A stretch of DNA of 64,000 nucleotides from an uncultured Alphaproteobacteria bacterium (GTDB lineage: Bacteria; Pseudomonadota; Alphaproteobacteria; Rs-D84): contig CAMRSV010000001.1 in assembly GCA_947053455.1 (NCBI GenBank), positions 186,087-250,086 of the forward strand, written 5' to 3'. The translations under genes and the position numbers were made by a program. The notes beneath the pieces are model-generated. The model was not told the DNA's origin. It did no database searches and saw only the letters and a list, made by a program, of their open reading frames with translations. Within the stretch, counting starts at the first letter, position 1; every line of letters starts with the position of its first letter. This document shows, piece by piece, positions 21,771 to 34,091 of this stretch.

Positions 21771-22111
21771 TTGAATCTAATAGGGATATTGGATTCGGGG
21801 CCTTTACAAGCCTAAAAAAACACGAGTCGGTGCGAATCGCATCGGAATATCCATGATGGTGCGTTTGCACCGAATAAACCCATGTACCATATTTATGGTC
21901 GGGGTGCGCTGTGAATATGTTGAATATCGGCGGGTCAGTACTCGTGTAATGATTTGTAAACACCCCGACCGCCTTATTTTTGGTGGTCTTATCTTTTTAT
22001 GTTGGTGGCGGGATAATATTCCGAAATATGTTTAGTGTCATCAACATACTTTATGGTCGGCATCTTATTTCTCATCTCCCAAACATGAAAAAAAATGATT
22101 GCCGACCATTT
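21771..22111 (+). ncRNA. C4-antisense-like RNA/attenuator cassette, copy C
   Basis: TATAAT at 21761; loop TTTACAA (21803-21809) with target TTGTAAA (21954-21960); linker ACACGAGT (21820-21827) with target ACTCGTGT (21940-21947); scaffold shared with copy B. Confidence 0.85.
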
Positions 22112-22169
22112 TTTACCATAATAAAAACGCCCCGAACGGGGCGCTTCATCTAAACACAAGGATTGCGTA

Positions 22170-23504
22170 TCAATCAAATGGATTATCCGCCTTTTCATAC
22201 TCAATTACAATAGGTAGGTGTTCCCATTTTAACGCCGTTGCAATCCCGCGACGCAAATACCGCGTGTATGATTCCGGAATATCCGACGCACCGCCAACAT
22301 TTAACGTTATGCGCATCGGGTGACGTCCGGTCTGGCGCGCAAATTTTATCTTCATCGGCCGCTTTAACCGCGACATCGGAGGTTGGCGTGCCTCTATCAA
22401 CTTTTGAACAATGCGGTTAATCAGACTGGTTGGAACCGTTGCCATTGAAATATCCCACTGCTCGTAAATACGGCGAAACATGTTTTGAACGCCCGTGCCG
22501 GTTTCCGCCGAAATCGCCAAAATCATCGGCTTTATAATCTGATGAAATGAATTGGCAAACTGATGTTTTAGTTTCAGCAGTTTTTCATCCCGCATCTCGT
22601 CCGGTACCAAATCCCATTTGTTTAGCGCCACGCACAAAATCTTCCCCGCATCATATACACGCGCCGCAATCCCCAGTGCCTGGTTTTCAATATTACGCGT
22701 CGCGTCCACCATTAAAATGACAACATCGGCCTTCTCTATCGCGTCCAGCGACTTTAACGCAGACAATGTTTCAACATCGTCCGTTACACCCGCCTTGCGA
22801 CGGAGCCCCGCCGTATCCATCAAAACAATATCGCGACCGTAAAACTTGGTCGGTATCTTTACCGTGTCGCGCGTGATGCCCGGCGCGTCCATAACTATCT
22901 GTCTTTTTTCACCCAAAACGCGGTTTACAAATGTTGATTTTCCGACATTCGGTTGCCCCAAAACCGCGATTTTTAATCGCGTGTCACGCGGGGGCACGTG
23001 GGCCGTTTCATTTGCCGCATCGCCCGCAATTTTATCCACAAAATCATAAATTGCATCAAATCCGGTCTTGTGTTCCGCCGACAACATGTTCGGCGCACCA
23101 AAGCCCAATTTATAAAAATCATGCACATCCGCCATTCGCCGCACCGATTCGGATTTATTCACCAGCAGTAATACCGGCGCACGCGTTTTACGCCGAACCA
23201 GGCGTGCCCAATCTAAATCTTCGCCGGTTACCCCCACACGCCCGTCAACCACAAACAAAACCGCGTCCGCCCGTTCAATTGCGGCAATCGCCATATCGGT
23301 CGAATCGTGTGCAATTCCGGTCTTTGCGTTTTCCAGTCCCGCCGTATCAAACACGCGGTATGGCCGGTCGCGAAACACGCCCGCGTTTGTATCGCGCGTG
23401 ACGCCGGGTCGGTCATGAACCAGCGCATCACGCGTCCCGGTCAATGCGTTAAACAATGTTGATTTGCCGGTGTTGGGTCGGCCTGCAATTGTTATGTTTA
23501 TCAT
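22170..23504 (-). CDS. der: Ribosome biogenesis GTPase Der (EngA)
   Basis: Two GTPase domains: GRPNTGKS/PGVTRD/DTAG and GQPNVGKS/GITRD/DTAGLR/NKWD. Confidence 0.96.
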   Translation of the reverse strand: MINITIAGRPNTGKSTLFNALTGTRDALVHDRPGVTRDTNAGVFRDRPYRVFDTAGLENAKTGIAHDSTDMAIAAIERADAVLFVVDGRVGVTGEDLDWARLVRRKTRAPVLLLVNKSESVRRMADVHDFYKLGFGAPNMLSAEHKTGFDAIYDFVDKIAGDAANETAHVPPRDTRLKIAVLGQPNVGKSTFVNRVLGEKRQIVMDAPGITRDTVKIPTKFYGRDIVLMDTAGLRRKAGVTDDVETLSALKSLDAIEKADVVILMVDATRNIENQALGIAARVYDAGKILCVALNKWDLVPDEMRDEKLLKLKHQFANSFHQIIKPMILAISAETGTGVQNMFRRIYEQWDISMATVPTSLINRIVQKLIEARQPPMSRLKRPMKIKFARQTGRHPMRITLNVGGASDIPESYTRYLRRGIATALKWEHLPIVIEYEKADNPFD

Positions 23505-23576
23505 GATTTTTCCATTGATTTTTTTTAATTATAAAGCAAAAATATAAATAATCAAATCAAAGCAAAAGGCACCACC

Positions 23577-24173
23577 ATGAAGAAAAAAATTATTGGCATA
23601 TTTTCCCACCTGCGCGACGTTATTATAAAACCGAAACGGTACTTTACCAAAATCGTCGCCGATGGCAATCTGGAAGAATCCATGATGAAGGCGTTTATAT
23701 ACGGCCTGCTGGGTGGATTGTCGGTTTTAGCAATACGTTTAATTGGTGGTGCAACAATTACACTCAGCGCGGTATTCGCGGCAATTATAGTCGTGCCCGT
23801 TCTGGCGGTGGCGCTGTTGTTTCTGATGGGCGGACTGATGATGCTGGTATCGGAAATAACTGGCGGCGAACGCGACTGGGAAATCGCGATTAAGGGCTTG
23901 GCGTCCGTATTCTTTGTATACCCAGTGATTTTGATACTAAATTCTCTAGCCTTTAATTGTCCCAGCATGTGGATAATCAGCATTCTGGTCGACGCATATA
24001 TATTATTCTTGTTCTATAACATATCACTGTACTGCATGCGGGGCAAAAAATCGAACGTTATCATTGTAATCGGTATTCTTGCATTGTTCATGATAACAGT
24101 TTACGCCAGTGATTATCGCATGGGCTGGTTCTATCTAAAGAACACGGGCGCAGCGTTGGCATGCCTGATGTAA
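23577..24173 (+). CDS. Yip1-family-like multi-pass membrane protein
   Basis: VIIKPKRYF N-terminal motif and about 5 hydrophobic helices. Confidence 0.7.
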   Translation: MKKKIIGIFSHLRDVIIKPKRYFTKIVADGNLEESMMKAFIYGLLGGLSVLAIRLIGGATITLSAVFAAIIVVPVLAVALLFLMGGLMMLVSEITGGERDWEIAIKGLASVFFVYPVILILNSLAFNCPSMWIISILVDAYILFLFYNISLYCMRGKKSNVIIVIGILALFMITVYASDYRMGWFYLKNTGAALACLM

Positions 24174-24228
24174 TTTAATTGCAAGTAAAACAAAACCGGC
24201 ATCGCCGGTTTTGTTTTTATTAAATCAT

Positions 24229-24339
24229 TTGCAAACGGGCAAATATGATTTATAATGACGGATGCGAAGGGGAAATTGTTCATTCTTGCATTTTTTTAGG
24301 CATGTCCCGAATGCAAAAACGAATAATTTTTCTTCGCAT
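24229..24339 (+). promoter_or_regulatory. pnp promoter and long 5' leader hairpin
   Basis: TTGCAA-16-TATAAT (24229-24256); ATGCGAAGGGGAAATTGTTC...GAATAATTTTTCTTCGCAT imperfect stem 24262-24339. Confidence 0.7.
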
Positions 24340-24370
24340 AGATGTTAACTTTATAAAAATGGAGAAAAAT

Positions 24371-26539
24371 ATGTTGTTTGGTTTATTCAACAAAGACGAC
24401 AAAACACACCTGAACAACCCGATTGCGGTTGAAATTCCCTATGGCGATGAAACCCTGCGCCTGGAAACCGGTCGCATGGCAAAGCAGGCAAATGGCGCCG
24501 TTTTGGCAACAATGGGCGGTACAATGGTTCTGGCAACTGTATGCGCGGAAAAGACCGCCGTCGAAGGTCAGGATTTCTTCCCCTTAACCGTTGATTATCA
24601 GGAAAAGTTCGCGTCCGCCGGCCGCATCCCAGGCTCGCGCGACCGCCGCGAGGGCAAGGCATCAACCGCCGAAACACTGACGGCGCGCTTGATTGATCGC
24701 CCGATACGTCCGTTGTTCCCGGAAACATTTAAAAACAAGGTTCAAATTATCGCCCAAGTGTTTTCTTATGACAAAAAGAATCAGCCGGACATCCTGGCTA
24801 TGATTGCGTCAAGTGCGGCATTGGCACTGTCCGGTGTTCCGTTCCAGGGTCCCATTGGTGCGGCACGCGTCAGCTATGTTGATGGGCAATACGTTCTTAA
24901 CCCGTCTAAAAAGGTTGTAGATGATTCCGAAATGGATTTGGTTGTTGCCGCAACCAAAGACGGCGTTTTAATGGTTGAATCTGAAATCGGCGAACTGGAT
25001 GAAAAAACAACGCTGGGCGCGGTAAAATTTGGCTTTGACGCACAGCAGGCTGTTATTGCGGCGATTAATGAACTGGCCTTGAACGCGGGCAAAGAACGCT
25101 GGGCCACACCAGAACTGGCGCCGGAATACATTGAAATGCAGGCCAAATTTGAATCGTTTGCCGGCGAGATTGAAGGCGCCCTGCAGATAAAGGAAAAACT
25201 GGTTCGTTTGGACACATTGGCTGAAATTCATGCCAAGGCCAAGGCCGAAATCCCAGAAATGTTCCCGGAAACGACTTTTGCGGCGTCCACGCTTGAATCA
25301 TGGGCGGACGAAATCGTTGAAAATATCACGGCGCGCATTATGCGTGGAAACATTCTGGCGGGTAAACCCCGTATCGACGGCCGCGACAATAAAACAGTTC
25401 GCCCGATTGAAATCGAACTGGGCATTTTGCCGCGCGCACATGGTTCGGCCCTGTTCACACGTGGCGAAACGCAGGCACTGGTGTCACTGACACTGGGTGG
25501 CGGCAAAGACGCACTGCCGTTGGAATCGCTGGACGGCACCGAAGAACGCGACTTTATCCTGAACTATAATTTCCCGGGTTATTCTGTTGGCGAATGCAAG
25601 GGCTTAAAATCCCCGTCACGTCGCGAACTGGGACATGGTAATCTGGCGTGGCGCGCACTGCACCCGATGATTCCAACCCGCGCGGAATTTGATTACGTAA
25701 TTCGTATCGTGTCAGATATTTTGGAATCCAATGGTTCTTCGTCCATGGCGACGACATGCGGCGCAACACTGGCCATGATGGATGGTGGCGTTCCGTTAAA
25801 GCGTCCGGTGGCCGGTATCGCAATGGGATTGATTAAAGAGGGCGACGACTATGCCATCTTGACCGACATCTTGGGTGACGAAGACCACCTGGGTGATATG
25901 GACTTCAAGGTAACCGGTACTGACAAGGGTATTACCGCCCTGCAGATGGATATTAAAATCACATCAATCACGTTCGAAATCATGGAAAAGGCATTGGCAC
26001 AGGCAAAAGACGGCCGTATGCACATCCTGGGCAAGATTGAAAAAGCCATCAAGGCGCCGCGTGACAAAGTGTCCGAATTCGCGCCCCAGACATACACAAT
26101 CAAAATCCACCCGGACAAGGTTCGTGAAGTCATTGGCAAGGGCGGCAGTGTGATTCAGGCGCTAACGCGTGAAACGAACACCAACATCGACCTGGCGGAT
26201 GATGGCACGGTTAAAATCATGGCAGTTGCCAAGGAAGACGCTGATGAAGCCATCCGTCGCATCAAGGAAATTGTTGCAGAACCAGAGGTTGGCGTTATCT
26301 ATCCGGGTGTTGTTTCCGGGATTAAGGATTTCGGTCTGTTTGTGAAAATCATGAACGGTTTTGAATCCATGGTTCATATTTCGGAAATCACCGGCGAAAG
26401 AATCGCAAAAATCGAAGACACCAAGATTAAAGAGGGTGACAAGGTATTTGTAAAATATCTGGGCGCGGACAAACGCGGCAAAACCCGTATGTCTATGGTT
26501 GGTATCGATCAGAAAACAGGCGCTGAAATTGCCAAATAA
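24371..26539 (+). CDS. pnp: Polyribonucleotide nucleotidyltransferase
   Basis: FFPLTVDYQE, RLIDRPIRPLF, HGSALFTRGETQ, ESNGSSSMA, GDMDFKVTG, KH and S1 domains; GGAG RBS before ATG 24371. Confidence 0.97.
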   Translation: MLFGLFNKDDKTHLNNPIAVEIPYGDETLRLETGRMAKQANGAVLATMGGTMVLATVCAEKTAVEGQDFFPLTVDYQEKFASAGRIPGSRDRREGKASTAETLTARLIDRPIRPLFPETFKNKVQIIAQVFSYDKKNQPDILAMIASSAALALSGVPFQGPIGAARVSYVDGQYVLNPSKKVVDDSEMDLVVAATKDGVLMVESEIGELDEKTTLGAVKFGFDAQQAVIAAINELALNAGKERWATPELAPEYIEMQAKFESFAGEIEGALQIKEKLVRLDTLAEIHAKAKAEIPEMFPETTFAASTLESWADEIVENITARIMRGNILAGKPRIDGRDNKTVRPIEIELGILPRAHGSALFTRGETQALVSLTLGGGKDALPLESLDGTEERDFILNYNFPGYSVGECKGLKSPSRRELGHGNLAWRALHPMIPTRAEFDYVIRIVSDILESNGSSSMATTCGATLAMMDGGVPLKRPVAGIAMGLIKEGDDYAILTDILGDEDHLGDMDFKVTGTDKGITALQMDIKITSITFEIMEKALAQAKDGRMHILGKIEKAIKAPRDKVSEFAPQTYTIKIHPDKVREVIGKGGSVIQALTRETNTNIDLADDGTVKIMAVAKEDADEAIRRIKEIVAEPEVGVIYPGVVSGIKDFGLFVKIMNGFESMVHISEITGERIAKIEDTKIKEGDKVFVKYLGADKRGKTRMSMVGIDQKTGAEIAK

Positions 26540-26606
26540 TAATCACGGCGCCCCGCTTGGGGCGCCAATTATAAATTAAACTTCATATAAGCCAGAGGAA
26601 ATAAAA

Positions 26607-26906
26607 ATGGATATGGAAACACTGATGGCCCAGGCAGCCGAGTTGCAAAACAAAGTCGCAAATGCCCAAGAAGAATTGGCAAAAACCACGGTAAAGGGTA
26701 TAGCGAACGCCGGCGCATGCATTGTTGAAATGACGGGTAAATATGACCTGGTGAACATTACACTGCGCGAAGATGCATTGTCGGGCGGTGCGGCGGCGGT
26801 ATCTGAAATAGTAGCCGATGCATTCCGCGATGCAAAGGCCAAGGCCGACGCGGTTATCGACCGCGTAATGGGCGATGCCACGGCCGGAATGCCGATGCCA
26901 ATGTAA
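26607..26906 (+). CDS. ybaB: YbaB/EbfC nucleoid-associated protein
   Basis: LMAQAAELQ..AQEEL..V.G...G.C.V...G pattern; GAGG RBS. Confidence 0.85.
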   Translation: MDMETLMAQAAELQNKVANAQEELAKTTVKGIANAGACIVEMTGKYDLVNITLREDALSGGAAAVSEIVADAFRDAKAKADAVIDRVMGDATAGMPMPM

Positions 26907-26991
26907 CAAATTGATAAAATGTAACCGCTTAAGAGCGGTTACGCGTATCCATATTTTATATAGAGCAAAAAATATACAGGGCATAAGAATC

Positions 26992-28827
26992 ATGTGGTTA
27001 TCAAAACGAATCAAGCACGATATAGATTCCAGCAAGATTATATCACTTGATGTGTTTGACACATTGTTGTCGCGTCGTTTCATGCATCCATATGATGTAT
27101 TCGGCTTTATTGAACAAGTATGTCAATGTCCCGGATTCAAGGATGCGCGTATTGTGGCAGAATATAATGCCCGGCAAAAATATAAAAAAGATGTCAATCT
27201 GGATGAGATTTATAATGTAATATCGGTACAATATGCGCATTTAAAATCTTTTGAATTGGCAACCGAAATGAACTGTATGTATGCAAATCCAATCGGATAT
27301 GAAATATTGCAATACGCCAAGAAAGCGGGAAAAGATGTAATTTGTACATCGGATACTTATTTTTCAAAAGATTTTATAATCGGTGCCCTGGCAAAGAACG
27401 GAATCATTAACCTGCCGGTAAACACTGATAATATTTTTGTTAGCAACGAACATAACGCCAGAAAATCCGACGGTTTGTTATTTGACTGCGTCATCAACAC
27501 AACCGGCGTTTTGCCGAGAGATATTGTCCATTTTGGCGACAGTCAACACTCGGACTATGTCATGCCACGCAAACGCGGAATGCGCGCCCACAAAATCCCA
27601 TATGTAATCAAAGAGTTTTCCGCAGCCACAGAAAACAAAAAATTTGTTAACCTATATGCGGAATTAAACAATAATCCGTTGACAAGTTTATTTGTGGGAA
27701 TGTATGCCAAACAATGGTGGTGTTCCAAGCACACAGGCCGGAAATTAGATTTTTGGTATTCTGTGGGTTATGCCATTATTGCCCCGTTTATTTACGGGTA
27801 TACACAGTTTATCCGGCAAAATCTGCCGACCGAAACACCATGTGATTTATTGTTTGTTGCCCGTGATGGATTTTTGCTAAAAAAATGTTTTGACGCATTT
27901 AATTCAAACTGTGACATTAATACACATTATGTTTATGCCCCCAGACTGGTAAAAATACTGGGCGATTTAGATTACAGCAATAAATCGGAATACCTAGATA
28001 TAATAATAAACTATTATTCAAACATAAATGGCACATTTAAGCGCGCGTTTGAAAACAAGACAATCGATTTTCGGGAAAAACAACAATTATTCACAGATAA
28101 ACAAAACCTTATTGCGCCCCAGGCCAGGGAACTAAAATCACGATATATAGAGTATGCAAAGACAATAAAATTACATTCCGACAATGTTATGATGGTTGAT
28201 TTGGCAAGCAGCGTCATGTCTTCGCAGCGAATACTTAACGATGTGTTGCCCCAACCGATAAAATATGGTTTTTATTTGGGTACAAATGGTGATTTGCCAT
28301 ACCGGGCGTATATGGACAGACATGAAAATCAAACTCTTGATATGGGGCCTATTTATGAATTACTGGTATCTTCGCCCGAATTCCCAATCAAAGATTTTTC
28401 GGACAAACGGCCTGTATATAACGAAGACAATCTTTTAGAAAAACATGATAAACAGTTGTTCATCAAATCAATGGACGGTGTTTTGGATTATATCCAGGAT
28501 TTAAAAAACAGCGGACTTTGCGGCCAATTTCATACATTACCCATGAAAGTTTTTGCAAAGTATCAGAACAATTTTTGGCGTTTGTTGTCACGTGTTGATT
28601 TGAAACAGTTGCAACAGGCAAACTGGGCTTATGACGCCCTAAACAACAATCATGCAAACATGTACCAGTATTATCGTGCCACCGTTGCACGAAAATCCGA
28701 GGGCGCATTCAAAAAATCACTTTATAGGTTTCGCGGTTCTTTTTTGAAATTTATTATAAATCTTGTTCCGGTCAAAAGGTGGCGGCATGCCATGCGGCGG
28801 CATTGTTTTAGTAATCGCAATGTCTGA
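26992..28827 (+). CDS. HAD-superfamily hydrolase of the surface-polysaccharide type
   Basis: ISLDVFDTLLSR, TSDTYF, VSNE..RKSDG.LF, HFGDS..SD, FVARDG; start reassigned to ATG 26992. Confidence 0.8.
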   Translation: MWLSKRIKHDIDSSKIISLDVFDTLLSRRFMHPYDVFGFIEQVCQCPGFKDARIVAEYNARQKYKKDVNLDEIYNVISVQYAHLKSFELATEMNCMYANPIGYEILQYAKKAGKDVICTSDTYFSKDFIIGALAKNGIINLPVNTDNIFVSNEHNARKSDGLLFDCVINTTGVLPRDIVHFGDSQHSDYVMPRKRGMRAHKIPYVIKEFSAATENKKFVNLYAELNNNPLTSLFVGMYAKQWWCSKHTGRKLDFWYSVGYAIIAPFIYGYTQFIRQNLPTETPCDLLFVARDGFLLKKCFDAFNSNCDINTHYVYAPRLVKILGDLDYSNKSEYLDIIINYYSNINGTFKRAFENKTIDFREKQQLFTDKQNLIAPQARELKSRYIEYAKTIKLHSDNVMMVDLASSVMSSQRILNDVLPQPIKYGFYLGTNGDLPYRAYMDRHENQTLDMGPIYELLVSSPEFPIKDFSDKRPVYNEDNLLEKHDKQLFIKSMDGVLDYIQDLKNSGLCGQFHTLPMKVFAKYQNNFWRLLSRVDLKQLQQANWAYDALNNNHANMYQYYRATVARKSEGAFKKSLYRFRGSFLKFIINLVPVKRWRHAMRRHCFSNRNV

Positions 28828-28888
28828 ATATATGCGGCGCGGCAAGCCACGCAATAAAATCCGGCAAATCATGAACAAAGGATAGCAA

Positions 28889-29551
28889 ATGAAATTTTTG
28901 CAAAAAAAACTATCATCAAACAGAAAACACGTACGCGTTCTGCTATTTGGAATAAGAGTTTTTAGTTACAAGGCAAAGAACACCGCTGAAAATGTCGTTG
29001 GCAACGGAAATGTTGTACAATTACCCAAGAATTCCATGATTACTGTTTATATTCGCGGCAATAACAATCGCGTGATTGTCGAAGAGACTACGCACAACCC
29101 AGGATTTGCCATAACCCTTTTCGCCGGGACAGAACCGGTGAACAATTGTACCGTGCATATTGGAAAAAATTTTAGTGTTGGATCCGGCGAAATCCGCATA
29201 TGCGAAGACAACACGATAGTTGAAATCGGCGACGATTGTATGTTTAGTGACGATATCAAGCTTTTCGCATCGGATACACACACAATACTGCGGGACGGAA
29301 AAGTTTCAAACATTGGCAAACATATTAAAATCGGCAACCATGTATGGTTGGGGCATGGGGCGACGGTGTTGAAAAACACAACAATCCCAGATAACAGTAT
29401 AGTGGGCGCACGTTCTGTTGTCGTGGGTATGATACGCGAAAACGGGTCGATTATTGCCGGAAATCCTGCGCGCGTTATTCGCGATGGTGTAAATTGGGAC
29501 AGACGCTGTCCGAAACAATATATGGCGCAAGAGGACGTATCGGCCAATTAA
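28889..29551 (+). CDS. Hexapeptide-repeat (LbH) acyltransferase
   Basis: IGDDCMFS, SDTH, IGNHVWLG, IPDNSIVGARSVV, IAGNPARVIR. Confidence 0.88.
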   Translation: MKFLQKKLSSNRKHVRVLLFGIRVFSYKAKNTAENVVGNGNVVQLPKNSMITVYIRGNNNRVIVEETTHNPGFAITLFAGTEPVNNCTVHIGKNFSVGSGEIRICEDNTIVEIGDDCMFSDDIKLFASDTHTILRDGKVSNIGKHIKIGNHVWLGHGATVLKNTTIPDNSIVGARSVVVGMIRENGSIIAGNPARVIRDGVNWDRRCPKQYMAQEDVSAN

Positions 29552-29823
29552 ACCGTTATTTCGGTAAATAATCACAATTAATATACATCGAATGCGACAG
29601 GGTCTTTCAACATTATATGAGCTATAAGCGTTCGGTTATATCGTGGATTTTCTGCATTGTTCTGCCGAACCATGGCGCAAAGGCGATTACAGAATACTCC
29701 AAACAGTCCTAAATTTGTGTTTTCGGGACAAAATTTCATATAACAAACAACAAAAATTTGGGACTATCCATTTGTCCCCGATTTTCGGGCTGTTTAATAC
29801 ATTTTCGGGTGGGAATTCTTACA

Positions 29824-29897
29824 TGGTGCCCTAAGCAAGAATCGGACTTGCGACTCGTCCTTACCAAGGACGTGTTTTACCACTAGACTATTAGGGC
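29824..29897 (-). tRNA. tRNA-Thr(GGT)
   Basis: GCCCTAA...CGTCC-TTGGTAA-GGACG...TTAGGGCACCA; T-loop TCCGATT is atypical. Confidence 0.85.
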
Positions 29898-29973
29898 GAT
29901 TTCAATACCGCCAATTATAAGGAAGATTCACCAAAAATCAAGGATAAAAAACGCCTTATTGGGCGTTTTTTAT

Positions 29974-30636
29974 TTACCATTCAATCGGTGTTTTACCATG
30001 CGCGATTAAATATTCGTTCGCGCGCGAAAAATGATGATTTCCAAAAAATCCCCGGTGGGCAGATAACGGTGATGGATGCACCGATTTTAAAATCAGATTT
30101 TTATTCGCATCCACAAATTCCGCCTTGCGCTGGGCGTATGAGCCCCATAACATATACACGATATTATCGCGAGCCGAGACGGCTCGGATTACGGCGTCTG
30201 TAAATTGTTCCCATCCGCGTCCGGTGTGCGATGCTGCGGCATGCGCGCGCACCGTCAGCGTCGCGTTCAGCAGCAATACCCCCTGGCGTGCCCAATGTGT
30301 TAATTCCCCATTTGTCACAGATTTACGCCCCAGGTCACTTTCTATTTCCTTGTAAATATTGACGAGTGATGGCGGCACAGGCGTCGGCGGCAATACTGAA
30401 AAGCAAAGTCCATGTGCCTGACCCGGTTCGTGATATGGATCCTGGCCGATTATGACGACCTTTACATCATCTAGGGGGCATAAATCAAACGCGGCAAATA
30501 TATTTTTTGGGGCCGGAAAGACGGGGCGTCCCGACATATATTCCGCGCGTACAAAATCGGTAAGTTTTATAAAATAATCTTTATCAAACTCCGCCGCCAG
30601 CGCATTTTTCCAGGATTCTTCGATTTTTACGTTCAT
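29974..30636 (-). CDS. ung: Uracil-DNA glycosylase
   Basis: GQDPYH, AHGLCFS, PPSLVNI, GVLLLN, HPSPLS. Confidence 0.97.
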   Translation of the reverse strand: MNVKIEESWKNALAAEFDKDYFIKLTDFVRAEYMSGRPVFPAPKNIFAAFDLCPLDDVKVVIIGQDPYHEPGQAHGLCFSVLPPTPVPPSLVNIYKEIESDLGRKSVTNGELTHWARQGVLLLNATLTVRAHAAASHTGRGWEQFTDAVIRAVSARDNIVYMLWGSYAQRKAEFVDANKNLILKSVHPSPLSAHRGFFGNHHFSRANEYLIAHGKTPIEW

Positions 30637-30649
30637 GAGCGTTTCCTTG

Positions 30650-31297
30650 TCAAATCTTAATTAATCCTGTTTGGCATGCTTTCCACAAAACAACATCAAT
30701 ATATCCGCGGGGCAATTTTGTTTGCGCACATAGGGCTACGAACATATCGTCGCATGCACGTTTTACCGCCGCGTCCAGTTTTCCGTTGTCTATTTTACCG
30801 CGCAGCGTATCGTCACCCGCAAAGCACACACCAAGCCTTTGAATCCATATGTCGTATTTTACAACATCTTCACCCAGATTTCGCGCCAAATGGTTTGCGG
30901 TAATCTTTCCGATATGCGGCAGTTTTGAGAGATATTCGACGCGCGCATCCGTATCCGTTAATTCATAATATGCGTGACACAAATCCGCACGTGACGCCCA
31001 AATTTTACAAATTGCATTTATTTTGTTTTTATTGTTAAACAGTGCAATCAATTGGTCGAAATTTGCGCCATGCATATTAATGCATTCCATTATTTTGGCA
31101 TGAATTTTCTTGGCCGTTTTCTGGGAAAATCCCCCGGCCAAAATAACGTATGAGCAGGCATTGGCGAATTCGTCGGGGGTGCACACGTGGTGCGCCGACA
31201 GATTTTGCTTAATTTCATCAAACGTCTGTGCATCGGAATCCATTCCCATTTCGCGAATGCGCGTATCCAGCCCATTAAACCAATCCGCCGTGAACAT
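30650..31297 (-). CDS. Uncharacterised HhH-GPD-like DNA glycosylase/HhH protein
   Basis: YVILAGG, LSKLPHIGKITANHLARNLG.D.VKYD, IDVVLW; co-oriented between gyrB and ung. Confidence 0.7.
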   Translation of the reverse strand: MFTADWFNGLDTRIREMGMDSDAQTFDEIKQNLSAHHVCTPDEFANACSYVILAGGFSQKTAKKIHAKIMECINMHGANFDQLIALFNNKNKINAICKIWASRADLCHAYYELTDTDARVEYLSKLPHIGKITANHLARNLGEDVVKYDIWIQRLGVCFAGDDTLRGKIDNGKLDAAVKRACDDMFVALCAQTKLPRGYIDVVLWKACQTGLIKI

Positions 31298-31306
31298 TTA
31301 TATCCC

Positions 31307-33745
<2,439 letters not shown>

Positions 33746-33781
33746 TTATGGTATAATTATCAAGAAAAAAGGATAAAAAAC

Positions 33782-34090
33782 ATGGCAAATTCACAAGCGC
33801 CAAAATATACCAAGGCGGACTTTCTAAATTACAAGAAATTGGCCGAAAAACTGGGCGCCGATCCGATAGAAGTGTATGAAGTGATGCGTCGCCACTGGAA
33901 GGCGAGTACGCCAATAAAATATACCGTCAACGGTCGCAATGCAGTTAGTCAAATGATTGTTATGAATACCAACCGTAAATCGGTTGGACGCACATCTAGA
34001 ACATCGACAACAAATAAAAATGCACTGCTTTTGCATCCAATGGGATTTGGTGTATTTGTAGAGATGCTTAAATCAACAAAAAGGAAATAA
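33782..34090 (+). CDS. Basic hypothetical protein, tandem paralogue 1
   Basis: Shares TKAD.LNYKKLAEKLGADP.EVY..M.RH.K..TPI.Y..NG and LHP with the next ORF. Confidence 0.75.
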   Translation: MANSQAPKYTKADFLNYKKLAEKLGADPIEVYEVMRRHWKASTPIKYTVNGRNAVSQMIVMNTNRKSVGRTSRTSTTNKNALLLHPMGFGVFVEMLKSTKRK

Positions 34091-34091
34091 C

